Source: Thermoplasmata archaeon (GTDB lineage Archaea > Thermoplasmatota > DTKX01 > DATEUP01). Taken from it: a DNA stretch of 64,000 bases. Shown piece by piece: positions 9,341 to 18,707 of this stretch (its first letter is position 1; each line of letters begins with the position of its first letter). A program made the position numbers and the translations under genes. The stretch covers positions 1,049-65,048 of the forward strand of contig JBGQKI010000010.1 of assembly GCA_041499475.1 (NCBI GenBank), written 5' to 3'. Below the pieces are notes generated by a model. The model did not search any database. It saw only the letters and a program-made list of their open reading frames with translations, and was not told where the DNA came from.

Positions 9341-10986
9341 ACGAAGTGACCGCCGCCCTCAAGGCCGACGGGCGGCTTGCCCACAACGAGGCCCCGGCGC
9401 TCCCGGCAAGGGGCTTCTTCCACTACCTTGCGCCTTTCTTGCCCGCAGCAGTCCTCCTTGCCGTCCTCTACACGGTGCGCAGCGCCGAACTCATTGCCTT
9501 CTCCCCCGAAATGGTCCTCATCGCCTGCGCGCTCGTCTTTCCCCTTGCGCCGCGCCGAATCACCACCAACCGCTTCCTCGCGCTCTCGGCAGCCGCGGCA
9601 ATCCTGAGCGCCGCCGCCCTCGTTGTCATCATGCTTGCCTCCGACGTCTTTGGCCTCTCGAACGTCCCCATGCTCGGCGCAAGCTCGCTCACCATCGCCT
9701 CCGGTACCCTCAAAGTCGACGCCTTCTCGCTCGTCTTCGACCTCATCTTCCTCGGCGCCGGCCTCTTCGTCGCCATCGCCTCGTGGTCACCCGAACTGGA
9801 GCGCCAGACCTACCCGGGCGTCTACTTCATGCTCCTCTTGCTAACGCTCGTCGGCACGATGATTGTCGCCTCGGCCGCATCCCTCATCACCGTGTTCCTC
9901 GGCCTCGAGCTTGCAGGCATCTCCACCTACGCGATGGTCGCCTACCCCAAGACGAACAAGCTCTCGTCGGAGGCCGCGATCAAGTACTACATCATCGGGT
10001 CGACCTCCACCGCGCTCATCCTCTTCGGCCTCTCGTACCTCTACGGCATCACCGGCAGCCTCGACATCGCCACGATCTCGCAACGGCTCAACGGGGTCGC
10101 GGCCGGCGACGCCGGCGTCGTGCTTGCCCTCACCTTCCTTACCGCCGGCTTCGGCTTCAAGATGGCCGCCGTGCCCTTCCACCTCTGGGCCCCCGACACT
10201 TACACGGGCGCTGCGTCGCCCGTCTCCGCGTTGCTCGCCGCCGGCACGAAGAAGATGGGCTTTGCCGCCGCGTTCAAGGTCATCATCGTCGGGATGGTTG
10301 CCGTCCGCGTCGAATGGAGCCTGCTCTTTGCCGTCCTTGCCGTCATGACCATGACCGTCGGCAATGCCGCCGCCACGCGTCAGCAGAACTTCAAGCGGTT
10401 GCTCGCCTACTCATCGATCGCCCAGGCCGGATACATCCTCGCCGCGCTTTCGATCGCGGGTGCCGGCGGCCACGCGTCGCAGACCGCCGTCGCGGCCGGG
10501 GTCTTCCACTCGCTCACCCACATGGTGATGAAAGCGGGGGCGTTCATCCTCGTGGGCACCCTCATCGCGGTCCAGGTCGGCGACAACATCGACGACCTGC
10601 GTGGGCTGCGCTACCGCTCCCCCTTCCTCACCCTCGTCCTCATCCTCCTCATGCTCTCCCTCGTGGGGTTCCCACTGCTCGCCGGCTTCTGGTCCAAGTA
10701 CTACATCGCGCTCGCGGGCGTGCAGGCGGGCGGCTACTACCTCTGGCTCGTCATCATCCTGCTCCTCAACTCCGCATTCTCGCTCTACTACTACGCGCGC
10801 GTCATCCGCGCCGTCTGGTTCCAGGAGCCCGCCGAGGGGGCACCCAAACTCCATGTGCCATTCCACTTTACGTTGGTGCTCTCGCTCATCCTGGTATTCG
10901 TCGTCTTCGTCGGCCTTTACCCCGAGCCCTTCTTCCTGCTCTCTCAGCAAGCCGCCCAGGCGCTGCTCGCCGGCCTCCCCCTCTAA
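9337..10986 (+). CDS. nuoN: Complex I-like antiporter subunit N
   Basis: SSEAAIKYY, GFKMAAVPFHLWAPDTYTGA, KRLLAYSSIAQAGY, GFPLLAGFWSK; GTGA overlap. Confidence 0.95.
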   Translation: MNEVTAALKADGRLAHNEAPALPARGFFHYLAPFLPAAVLLAVLYTVRSAELIAFSPEMVLIACALVFPLAPRRITTNRFLALSAAAAILSAAALVVIMLASDVFGLSNVPMLGASSLTIASGTLKVDAFSLVFDLIFLGAGLFVAIASWSPELERQTYPGVYFMLLLLTLVGTMIVASAASLITVFLGLELAGISTYAMVAYPKTNKLSSEAAIKYYIIGSTSTALILFGLSYLYGITGSLDIATISQRLNGVAAGDAGVVLALTFLTAGFGFKMAAVPFHLWAPDTYTGAASPVSALLAAGTKKMGFAAAFKVIIVGMVAVRVEWSLLFAVLAVMTMTVGNAAATRQQNFKRLLAYSSIAQAGYILAALSIAGAGGHASQTAVAAGVFHSLTHMVMKAGAFILVGTLIAVQVGDNIDDLRGLRYRSPFLTLVLILLMLSLVGFPLLAGFWSKYYIALAGVQAGGYYLWLVIILLLNSAFSLYYYARVIRAVWFQEPAEGAPKLHVPFHFTLVLSLILVFVVFVGLYPEPFFLLSQQAAQALLAGLPL

Positions 10987-11123
10987 AGCGCCGCGGCCCC
11001 CTTGCAAAAAAGCGGCCCTTCGATTGTAGAAACGGCGCCGCTCGCGCGGATCCCTTGACCTTCCACGCGCGAAGTTCATTATCTTCTGCCACGGTGTAAG
11101 TCCTCCCCCGGAGCGCGCCCCCC

Positions 11124-12290
11124 TTGGCCGAAGACTTCAGCGGCATCGAATTCAGCGACGAGGAGAACATGCTGCGCCAGATGGTGCGCGAGTTTGCCGT
11201 CAAGGAAGTTGCCCCGCGCGCCGAGCACACCGACAAGACCGGCGAGTTCCCGTGGGACAATGTCAACCGCATGAAGGAGCTCGGACTGCTCGGCGTGCCC
11301 GTGCCCACGGAGTACGGGGGCGCCGGCCTCGGGCGCGTGGGGTACTGCATCGTCGTCGAGGAGCTCGGGCGCGCCTGCAATTCCACGGCCAACGCCTTTG
11401 GCGCCCACGCCTCGCTTTGCGAGTCGCCGCTCACCTACTTCGGCTCGAGCGAACTCAAGCAGCGCTACCTGCCGCGCCTTGCCAAAGGCGAGATCCTCGG
11501 CGCGTTTGCCTTGACCGAGCCGAACGCCGGTTCAGACGCGGCCGCCCTCCAGACCACGGCCGTCAAGGAAGGCAAGCACTGGGTCCTGAACGGCTCCAAG
11601 GTGTTCATCACGAACGGGTCGGTCGCCGATGTCTGCGTGGTGTTTGCGGCAAACGACAAGAAGCTCGCCGCCCACGGCGGCATCACCGCGTTCCTCGTCG
11701 AGACGAAGTCCGACGGGTTCAAGGTCGGCAAAAAGGACGACAAGATGGGCATCCGCGGCTCCGACACGGTCCCGCTCTTCTTCGAGAACCTGCGCGTCCC
11801 GGAGGAGAATGTCATCGGCAAAGTCGGCGAAGGGTTCAAGGTCGCGATGGCGACCCTGGACTCCGGCCGCTGCGGGCTCGGCGCCGGCTGCATGGGCGCG
11901 GCCTCGCGCTGCCTCGAGCTTGGCCTCGACTACGCCAAGAGCCGCCAGCAGTTCGGCCAGCCGATCGTCGCCTTCGAGGCGGTGCAGTTCATGCTCGCCG
12001 AGATGGCGGAGATGATCTACACCGGGCGTCTCTTGGCGTACCACGTCGCACGGCAGATGGACGCGGGCAAGCGCGTCACGATGGAGAGCGCGATCGTCAA
12101 GACCTATTGCTCCGAGGCCGGCATGCGCTGCGCAGACCTCGCCGTGCAGATCCACGGCGGCACCGGTTTCATGGCCGAGTACCCCGTCCAACGGTACTTC
12201 CGCGACGCGCGCGTGACCAAGATCTACGAGGGGACGAACGAGATCCAGCGGCTGATTATCGCACGCGAGCTGCTCAAGCGGTTCCCCTGA
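11124..12290 (+). CDS. Acyl-CoA dehydrogenase (short-chain/butyryl-CoA type)
   Basis: GAFALTEPNAGSDA, LNGSKVFITNG, KMGIRGSDT, AVQIHGGTGF, RDARVTKIYEGTNEIQR (catalytic Glu); TTG start. Confidence 0.95.
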   Translation: MAEDFSGIEFSDEENMLRQMVREFAVKEVAPRAEHTDKTGEFPWDNVNRMKELGLLGVPVPTEYGGAGLGRVGYCIVVEELGRACNSTANAFGAHASLCESPLTYFGSSELKQRYLPRLAKGEILGAFALTEPNAGSDAAALQTTAVKEGKHWVLNGSKVFITNGSVADVCVVFAANDKKLAAHGGITAFLVETKSDGFKVGKKDDKMGIRGSDTVPLFFENLRVPEENVIGKVGEGFKVAMATLDSGRCGLGAGCMGAASRCLELGLDYAKSRQQFGQPIVAFEAVQFMLAEMAEMIYTGRLLAYHVARQMDAGKRVTMESAIVKTYCSEAGMRCADLAVQIHGGTGFMAEYPVQRYFRDARVTKIYEGTNEIQRLIIARELLKRFP

Positions 12291-12341
12291 ACTCGCCTTT
12301 GGGTCGCTAGGCTTTTCAGGTCTGAGCGTGTTCGCTCCCGC

Positions 12342-12632
12342 GTGAAGGTCGCATTCGACGGCGTCGTCCTCAAACTCGACGTCGACTACGAGACCGTCCA
12401 GTACTGGTCGGTCGCGATCCCTGCGGCCGCCGAGCGGGACCTCGTCCTCAAGCCGCGCGACCGCTTCATCGTCCGCGTCCCGGGCGCCGTCTTCTGGAGC
12501 GAGTGCTTTGGCACGCCCGGCGACCTCGTGTTCCAATTCCCCGCCGAGATGGCACGCACCTTCAACCTCCGCGGCGGCGCCAAGGTCAAGGTCGAGCTCG
12601 AAAAGCCCGAGGCGACGGCGAAGACGCCGTAA
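12342..12632 (+). CDS. Small DUF1905/AbrB-like swapped-hairpin protein (hypothetical)
   Basis: 96 aa; WSVAIP and FPAEMARTFNLRGGAKVKVELE resemble the DUF1905 pattern. Confidence 0.55.
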   Translation: MKVAFDGVVLKLDVDYETVQYWSVAIPAAAERDLVLKPRDRFIVRVPGAVFWSECFGTPGDLVFQFPAEMARTFNLRGGAKVKVELEKPEATAKTP

Positions 12633-12638
12633 GCGGCT

Positions 12639-13967
12639 CTACTCCGCCCTAAGCCGCGTCCGGCGGAACACCAGCACCGCGACTACGAACAGCACCGCGG
12701 TCTGCAGCGCCATCCACCCCACATCGCTCGCGATGTCCGCGGCAGGCAGCCCGAAGGTCAGCATCCCGCGCATCGCCCGCACCGCCTGCCCCCACGGCGA
12801 GCCCGCCACGAGCACCGTGAACGAAATGGGGAAAAACGCCTCAGTCAGGAACGCGATCGGGATGATGATGAGCGGCCCCAGGCTCGTCGCCTGCCGCTCG
12901 CTCTTCACGAACGAGACGAGCAGCAGCCCAAGGGCCACCGAAGCCGTCGCCGAGAGCGTGCCGATGCCGACGGCCAGTACGAGCGCCATCGCGCCGCCCT
13001 GCCAGTGGAAGCCCATCAGCAGGGCGGTGCCGAAGAGGAGCACGACTTGGAGCGCGCCAAGCGAGGCCCACGGGATCAGCAGCCCCACGAGGAAGTCGCC
13101 GGTCGTCATCCGCGAGAGCTGCAAGCGCTCGAGGTTCCCGCCCTCCACCTCGCGCGCGACCCAGGTGGTGACGGCAAGGGCCACAAGGATCGTCGCGAAC
13201 ACGAAGAGCCCGGGCGCCATCCAGTCGAAGACGTGGAACTCTTCGGTGCCCGCCACCGGGTAGGTGCGCGCGTCGAGGTGGCCCGTGGCGTCCGCTTCCT
13301 GCTGGAGCTCGGGCGGGAGGCGCTTGACGACCTCGTCGGCGGCCAAGCGCGTGACCCCCTGCACAAAGCCCTCGACGAAGCCCTGGACCGTGGCTTGGGT
13401 CGCGGCAAATTCGCTGAAGCTGAAGTCGCCCTCGATGGTCACCGTCGCGGTGACATTGGGCTCTTCCATCGGGAGCGTGTAATTGCCAAACGCCGCCGAA
13501 CCGTTCCCGGTGTAGTTCCCTGACGTGATGGCCCGCACGACCGCTGTCGACACCGTCGTGTAGACGGTCTGGTTGATCTGCGCCCGTACGGCCGCCGAGA
13601 AGTTCGCCGGAATCGTCACGATCGCCGCGAAGTCACGGCTGGCAAGCCGCCGGTCGGCCTCCTGCCGGCTGACCTGTTCGATGTAGAAAACGTGGGTCGT
13701 CGAATTCTGCCAGGTGGCATTGGCCATCAGCCCGATGAATTCCTCCCCGAAGTAGTGGAACTCCGCCGTCGTGTTGTTGAGGATCCACGCCCCGTCGTCC
13801 TCGTTCAACACCGCGACCTTGTGCGGCGAGGTGAGCTGGCCCGTGCCGAAGGTCGCGCTGCCGAACACGACGACGAAAATCACGGGAAAGAGGAGCAGGA
13901 ACGCGAGCGCCCGGCGGTCGCGCGGGAACTCCTTGTACGCCTTCACCGCGACCGAGACCGCTTTCAG
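12639..13967 (-). CDS. ABC-2 type exporter permease
   Basis: N-terminal TM, large sequon-rich extracellular loop (KVAVLNED), then about 5 TMs with AREVEGGNLERLQLS; start probably CTG 13967 (ORF track GTG 13946). Confidence 0.88.
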   Translation of the reverse strand: MKAVSVAVKAYKEFPRDRRALAFLLLFPVIFVVVFGSATFGTGQLTSPHKVAVLNEDDGAWILNNTTAEFHYFGEEFIGLMANATWQNSTTHVFYIEQVSRQEADRRLASRDFAAIVTIPANFSAAVRAQINQTVYTTVSTAVVRAITSGNYTGNGSAAFGNYTLPMEEPNVTATVTIEGDFSFSEFAATQATVQGFVEGFVQGVTRLAADEVVKRLPPELQQEADATGHLDARTYPVAGTEEFHVFDWMAPGLFVFATILVALAVTTWVAREVEGGNLERLQLSRMTTGDFLVGLLIPWASLGALQVVLLFGTALLMGFHWQGGAMALVLAVGIGTLSATASVALGLLLVSFVKSERQATSLGPLIIIPIAFLTEAFFPISFTVLVAGSPWGQAVRAMRGMLTFGLPAADIASDVGWMALQTAVLFVVAVLVFRRTRLRAE

Positions 13968-14944
13968 GCCGACACCTCCTCGCGCAGCGCGCGCCCGGTG
14001 AGCTGGATGAACACGTCCTCGAGCGTGTTCTTGCGCATCGACGCGTCTTCCACCTCGATCCCCAGCCTCTCGAGCGCCGCGTAGACCTCGCGGAGCCGTG
14101 CGACGGCATTCAGGGCCTGGAAACGGACCTCGCGCGAGACCGCGACCGCGCCCCGCACGCCCTCCACCGAAGCCGCCGCGGCCGCCGCCTCCTGCGCCCG
14201 CGCCGCGTCCTTGAGGCGCAGCACGACCGTGTCGCCCTCGCCCACGGTATTCTTGAGCCGCTCGGGGGTGTCGACGACCTTCAGCTTCCCCCGGTCCATG
14301 ATCGCCACGCGCCTGGAGAGCCGGTCGGCGACGTCCATCTCGTGCGTCGTGAGGATGACCGTCTTGCCTTCTTTGGCTCCGAGGTCCTGGATGAAGTCGT
14401 GCACCACGATCCGCGACTGCGGGTCAAGCCCCGCCGACGGCTCGTCAAGCACGATCACCGGCGGACTGTGAACAAGCGCAAGCGCAAGGTTCAGCCGCCG
14501 CTTCATCCCGCCCGACAGCCTCACGGCAAGCTCGTCGGACTTTTCGTCCAGGCGCAGCGTCTCCAGGAGCTCTCTTGCCCGCCGTTGGCTCTCCGCGCGC
14601 GGCACCGCATACATGTCCGCGACAAAGAGCAGGTTCTCCTTGCAAGTCAGGTGCTCCCAGACCACAATGTTTTGCGGGCAAAGTCCGACGAGCCCCCGTT
14701 CCGCCCTGCCGCCCTGCCCCACGCGCTTCCCTTGGATCCACACCTCGCCGGAGGTCGGCCGCGTGAGGCCGGTCATCATCCGGATGGACGTCGTTTTGCC
14801 CGCTCCGTTCGGCCCCAGGAAGCCGAACACTTCGCCTTCGTCGACCGATACGGTGAGCCCGTCGACTGCGGTGAAGTCGCCGTACCGCTTCACGAGGCCC
14901 TTGGCCTCGATTGCCACCGCCACGCGAAGCTCCCGCGCCCCCAA
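13964..14944 (-). CDS. ABC transporter ATP-binding protein (multidrug/DrrA type)
   Basis: Walker A GPNGAGKTT, LSGGMKRRL, Walker B VIVLDEPSAGLDP, TTH; start uncertain (TTG 14944 or GTG 14923). Confidence 0.95.
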   Translation of the reverse strand: MGARELRVAVAIEAKGLVKRYGDFTAVDGLTVSVDEGEVFGFLGPNGAGKTTSIRMMTGLTRPTSGEVWIQGKRVGQGGRAERGLVGLCPQNIVVWEHLTCKENLLFVADMYAVPRAESQRRARELLETLRLDEKSDELAVRLSGGMKRRLNLALALVHSPPVIVLDEPSAGLDPQSRIVVHDFIQDLGAKEGKTVILTTHEMDVADRLSRRVAIMDRGKLKVVDTPERLKNTVGEGDTVVLRLKDAARAQEAAAAAASVEGVRGAVAVSREVRFQALNAVARLREVYAALERLGIEVEDASMRKNTLEDVFIQLTGRALREEVSA

Positions 14945-15013
14945 CGGGGCCGCACTAATCGAACTTTTCAGGAGGGTGCGAACCGCGGAGCCCGGCTGTC
15001 GGCAAACGCCGCG

Positions 15014-16126
15014 CTACCCCTTCGCGGCCGCCGCAACCTTGGTGCCCGCGACCCCCGCGGCCGAAGCCTTCGGGTGCTTCGCCTTCCACGCGCGAACCTC
15101 CGCAAGCACCCGCGGCAGCAGCTCGTGCAGGTCGCCCACCAGCACGTCGTCCGCGTAGTTCACGATCGGCGCCGCCTTGTCGATGTTGCAGGCGAAGACG
15201 TACTTTGCCCCCATCATCCCGACGATGTGCTGCACCGCGCCCTTTATCCCGAAAGTGATGTAGGCGTCCGGGCGCACCACCGTCCCCGTGAGGCCCACCT
15301 GGTGGTCGTGCGTGATGAAGCCGTGCTCCACCGCCATCCGCGTTGCGCCCACCATCCCGCCGTCAAATTCTGCGGCGAGCTCCTCGACGGCCTTGAGCGC
15401 CGGCCTCGGGTTGTTCTTGATCCCCATCCCGAACGATACGATCGTTTTGGCGAGCTTGAGGTCGATGTGCTTCTCCACGAGCTCGATGTGCACGACCTCC
15501 ACCGCGAAGTCCGACTCGAGGATGTGCGCCTTGAATTCGATGACCTCTCCCTTCCGCTTCGGGTCACGAGGCTTCGCCAGGAACGCGCCCGGCCGCGCGG
15601 TGGCCATCTGCGGATAGAATTCCGGCGTGATGATCGTCGAGAAGTAAATCGCGTTGAAGTCCGGCCGCTTCTGCAGGAGCTGCTTCTTCAGGATGATGCG
15701 CCGGTACTCCACATCCGAGATGCGCAGGTCCGTGCACACCGAGGCCAGCCCCGTCACGAGGTCTGCCGCAACCCACGAAGCCAGCGGGTTCGACGCGGTG
15801 GTTGCGCCCATCAGGATCGAGCGCGGCGGCTCCTTCCTGCAGAACGCCCCGATCGTCCGCCCGTGCGGCTCCACCACCCACTCCTTCAGCCTCGGGTCGT
15901 CGCAGACCACCACGCGGTCGGCCCCGTATTCGATGAGCGCCTGCGCGTGGCGCCTGATGTTGTGGCCGAGGATCAGCACCGTGAGCTTCTCCTTCTGCTC
16001 GTCGGCAAGGTCGCGCCCGATCCCCACGAGCTCCGGCGTCACATCGGCAAGCTCGCCGAAGGTGTGCTCGGCCACGACATAGACGCCCTTCACGTCGTCG
16101 ATGCCCCAGCCGTTCAGCTCGACCAT
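15014..16126 (-). CDS. etfA: Electron transfer flavoprotein alpha subunit (FixB/EtfA)
   Basis: VYVVAEH, PQMATARPG, VGATR, QVGLTG, GIKGAVQHIVGM, NIDKAAPI. Confidence 0.92.
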   Translation of the reverse strand: MVELNGWGIDDVKGVYVVAEHTFGELADVTPELVGIGRDLADEQKEKLTVLILGHNIRRHAQALIEYGADRVVVCDDPRLKEWVVEPHGRTIGAFCRKEPPRSILMGATTASNPLASWVAADLVTGLASVCTDLRISDVEYRRIILKKQLLQKRPDFNAIYFSTIITPEFYPQMATARPGAFLAKPRDPKRKGEVIEFKAHILESDFAVEVVHIELVEKHIDLKLAKTIVSFGMGIKNNPRPALKAVEELAAEFDGGMVGATRMAVEHGFITHDHQVGLTGTVVRPDAYITFGIKGAVQHIVGMMGAKYVFACNIDKAAPIVNYADDVLVGDLHELLPRVLAEVRAWKAKHPKASAAGVAGTKVAAAAKG

Positions 16127-16127
16127 C

Positions 16128-16967
16128 CTACCCCTCCGCCTTGAATAGGCCCAGCTTCCCCCACTTGTCCACGACCTGAGGGATCTGGTCCGGGGTCACA
16201 AAACGCGTTTGTCTAAAGCCCTCGGCCGAAGTTTGAGGCTCGCTCTTCCACACCTTCGTGGGCGACCCGTCGACGCCGATGAACGGGACGACGCAGTCGA
16301 TCATGTCGATGTTGAGCATTTCCATCTTGAAGCCGCCCATGTTGAGCAGGCGCGACGCGTAGGGGGTGCGCACCGAGTACTTCGTCGGCGCGTCGATCGC
16401 CACGCAAGGCAGGGGCGAGCGCACTTCCGCCGCCCCCCCCGTGATGATCAGGCTTGCGTGGTAGGGCTTTGCCTCGTTGAGGTCAAGGTCGACGACTTCC
16501 TCGACGTACGGGATGCAGGGCCGGTCGAGCCAGCGCGCTACTTGGGGGCCTACCTGCCCTGTCTCCCCGTCGAGCGCCTTGATCCCCGCGTGGACCACGT
16601 CCACCGGGCCCCACTGCGCCTCGATGTAGCGCACGCCCTGCGCAAGCGCGTAGGAAGTGCCCAGCGTGTCCGACCCGCCGAGCCTGCGGTCGGTCAGCAG
16701 GTAGTGGTAGTCCGTCCCGCACTTGTAGCAGTCCTTCAGCACTTGCTCGGCATCCGGCGGGCCCATCGAGAGCGGGAAGACCATGCCGCCCATCCGGTCC
16801 TTGAGGTCGAGGGCGGCTTCCAGCGCCGCCAAGTCCGACGGGTTGAACATTGGGCGGACCTTCGAACGGTCGATCGTCCCGTCCGGCTTGATCGGCACGT
16901 GGCCCGCCGTCAGGTCGGGCACCTGCTTGACCAAAACAACCTGTTTGAAACCCCGGAAGTAGGGCAT
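16128..16967 (-). CDS. etfB: Electron transfer flavoprotein beta subunit (FixA/EtfB)
   Basis: KQVPD, NPSDLAALEAAL, SMGPP, LTDRRLGGSDTLGTSYAL, DGETGQVGPQVA; TTTTAT TATA about 25 nt upstream. Confidence 0.93.
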   Translation of the reverse strand: MPYFRGFKQVVLVKQVPDLTAGHVPIKPDGTIDRSKVRPMFNPSDLAALEAALDLKDRMGGMVFPLSMGPPDAEQVLKDCYKCGTDYHYLLTDRRLGGSDTLGTSYALAQGVRYIEAQWGPVDVVHAGIKALDGETGQVGPQVARWLDRPCIPYVEEVVDLDLNEAKPYHASLIITGGAAEVRSPLPCVAIDAPTKYSVRTPYASRLLNMGGFKMEMLNIDMIDCVVPFIGVDGSPTKVWKSEPQTSAEGFRQTRFVTPDQIPQVVDKWGKLGLFKAEG

Positions 16968-17056
16968 CGGGCGTCACTTGAGCGAGGAGATAAAAGCCTT
17001 GGGGGGCGGCCTGGCCAGCGCCTTCCTGCAACCCGTTCTTGCCGCCTGCCCGCGCC

Positions 17057-17551
17057 TCAGAGGGCTCGGCGAACCGCCGCGGCTTCGACTCGCTCGCCCT
17101 GCCACGCCGTGACCGCCACCGCCGTGACCGCCGCTGCAAAGAGCCAGTGCACCGCCGAAGTGCCAGCCATCACCTGCTGGGGAATCGACCCGCCGCCGAG
17201 CGAGGCGAAGTCCGCCACGATATCGAGCAGCGCGATCCCGAGCGGCACGAACAGCCATACCGCACGCGCGCCGCTGTCGGAAAAAATCGCCCACACAAAG
17301 CCGAGGTTCACGGCCCCTGCAAACACCGCGCGCACGCCGTAGGCGCGCATCGCGGCCGGGCCCTGCGAGGCCGGGTCCATCGCCGACGCGCCGGCGATCA
17401 TCGCAATCCCGATGAGCAGGTCCACCGCGCCCAGCGCGCCCACCGTTGCGCCGGCAACCGCTGGGAGCGCCGCGCCCTCTTGCCCCTGCACGCGCGCGGG
17501 TGTCCCTGCCGTTGCCGCCGTGTGCATCCTGCCCCGCGTCTTCCCCCGCAC
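17057..17551 (-). CDS. Hypothetical membrane protein (4 TM)
   Basis: Four hydrophobic Ala/Val/Gly-rich segments; fills the gap between etfB and purM; start uncertain. Confidence 0.6.
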   Translation of the reverse strand: MRGKTRGRMHTAATAGTPARVQGQEGAALPAVAGATVGALGAVDLLIGIAMIAGASAMDPASQGPAAMRAYGVRAVFAGAVNLGFVWAIFSDSGARAVWLFVPLGIALLDIVADFASLGGGSIPQQVMAGTSAVHWLFAAAVTAVAVTAWQGERVEAAAVRRAL

Positions 17552-17657
17552 AAATGAACTCGCCGCCGGCGGTGCCTCAAACGAGAACGTTCTTGCCGCC
17601 CGAGGGAGCCCTTAAGTCAACTTTGCGCGATCCCTTGCCTGCGGAGCGCGCACCCCC

Positions 17658-18686
17658 TTGGGCCTCACCTACAAGCAGGCCGGCGTCGACCACGACGCCA
17701 AGATCCGCTCCATCAAGGCGCTCGTTTCGGCCGTCACCTTCGCGCGGCGCGGGGAAGGCGGCCCTGTCGGCCCCACGGGCGGCTTCGCCGGGTTCGTCCG
17801 CTACGGGCGCTTCGCCATCGCCGTTTGCACCGACAGCGTCGGCACCAAGCACCTGGTCGCGCGCGCGCTCAACAAATTCGACACCATCGGCATCGACTGC
17901 GTGGCCATGAACGTGAACGACATGGTCTGCCACGCCGCAGAGCCGCTCGCCTTCGTCGACTACCTCGCCCTGCCGCGTCCCGACGCGGCGCTCACGCGCG
18001 CGATCGGCATCGGCCTCAACCGCGCGGCCCGCGAGTCCAACGTCACGCTGGTTGGGGGCGAGACCGCCATCGTCCCCGACCTGCTCAAGGAGTTCGACCT
18101 CTCCGGCACGGCGGTCGGCGTCGCCCCCGTCTCCAAAATCCTTGACGGCAAGCGCGCAAGGCCGGGCGACGTCCTCATCGGCATCTCCTCCTCCGGCGTG
18201 CACTCCAACGGCTTTACCCTCATCCGCAAGCTCGTCAAGCGCTCCGGCGTGCCCTTGCGCTCGCGCCTGAGGGGCCTGCGCGCCCGGAGCCTCGGCCTCG
18301 AACTGCTCACCCCCACGCGCCTCTACGTCCGCCCGGTGCTCGACCTGCTCGGCGCCGCAGAAGTCACCGGGCTTGCCAACATCACCGGCGGCGGCCTGCG
18401 CAACCTCCTGCGCATCAAGCGGGGCCTCGGCTTTGCCATCGACTCGCCCATCCCGCCCCCATCCATCTTCCGCTACCTCCAGGAATGGGGCCGCGTCAGC
18501 GACCGCGAAATGTACCAGACCTTCAACATGGGCACGGGCTTCTGCGCCCTTGTGGCCAAGGGAGACGAGGCCGAGGCGCTGCGCGCGTTGCGCCGGCACT
18601 TCCCCGCCCGCGCCATCGGGCAGGCCACCCGCGGAGGCGGCGTCCGCGTCGAAGGGCTCAAGGGCGTCCGCTACGACGAATATTAG
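17658..18686 (+). CDS. purM: Phosphoribosylformylglycinamidine cyclo-ligase (AIR synthetase)
   Basis: MGLTYKQAGVD, TDSVGTK, GIDCVAMNVND, VGGETA, SSGVHSNG, ANITGGG, TFNMGTG. Confidence 0.95.
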   Translation: MGLTYKQAGVDHDAKIRSIKALVSAVTFARRGEGGPVGPTGGFAGFVRYGRFAIAVCTDSVGTKHLVARALNKFDTIGIDCVAMNVNDMVCHAAEPLAFVDYLALPRPDAALTRAIGIGLNRAARESNVTLVGGETAIVPDLLKEFDLSGTAVGVAPVSKILDGKRARPGDVLIGISSSGVHSNGFTLIRKLVKRSGVPLRSRLRGLRARSLGLELLTPTRLYVRPVLDLLGAAEVTGLANITGGGLRNLLRIKRGLGFAIDSPIPPPSIFRYLQEWGRVSDREMYQTFNMGTGFCALVAKGDEAEALRALRRHFPARAIGQATRGGGVRVEGLKGVRYDEY

Positions 18687-18707
18687 GGCCCCGGGCCCCC
18701 AAGCGGC

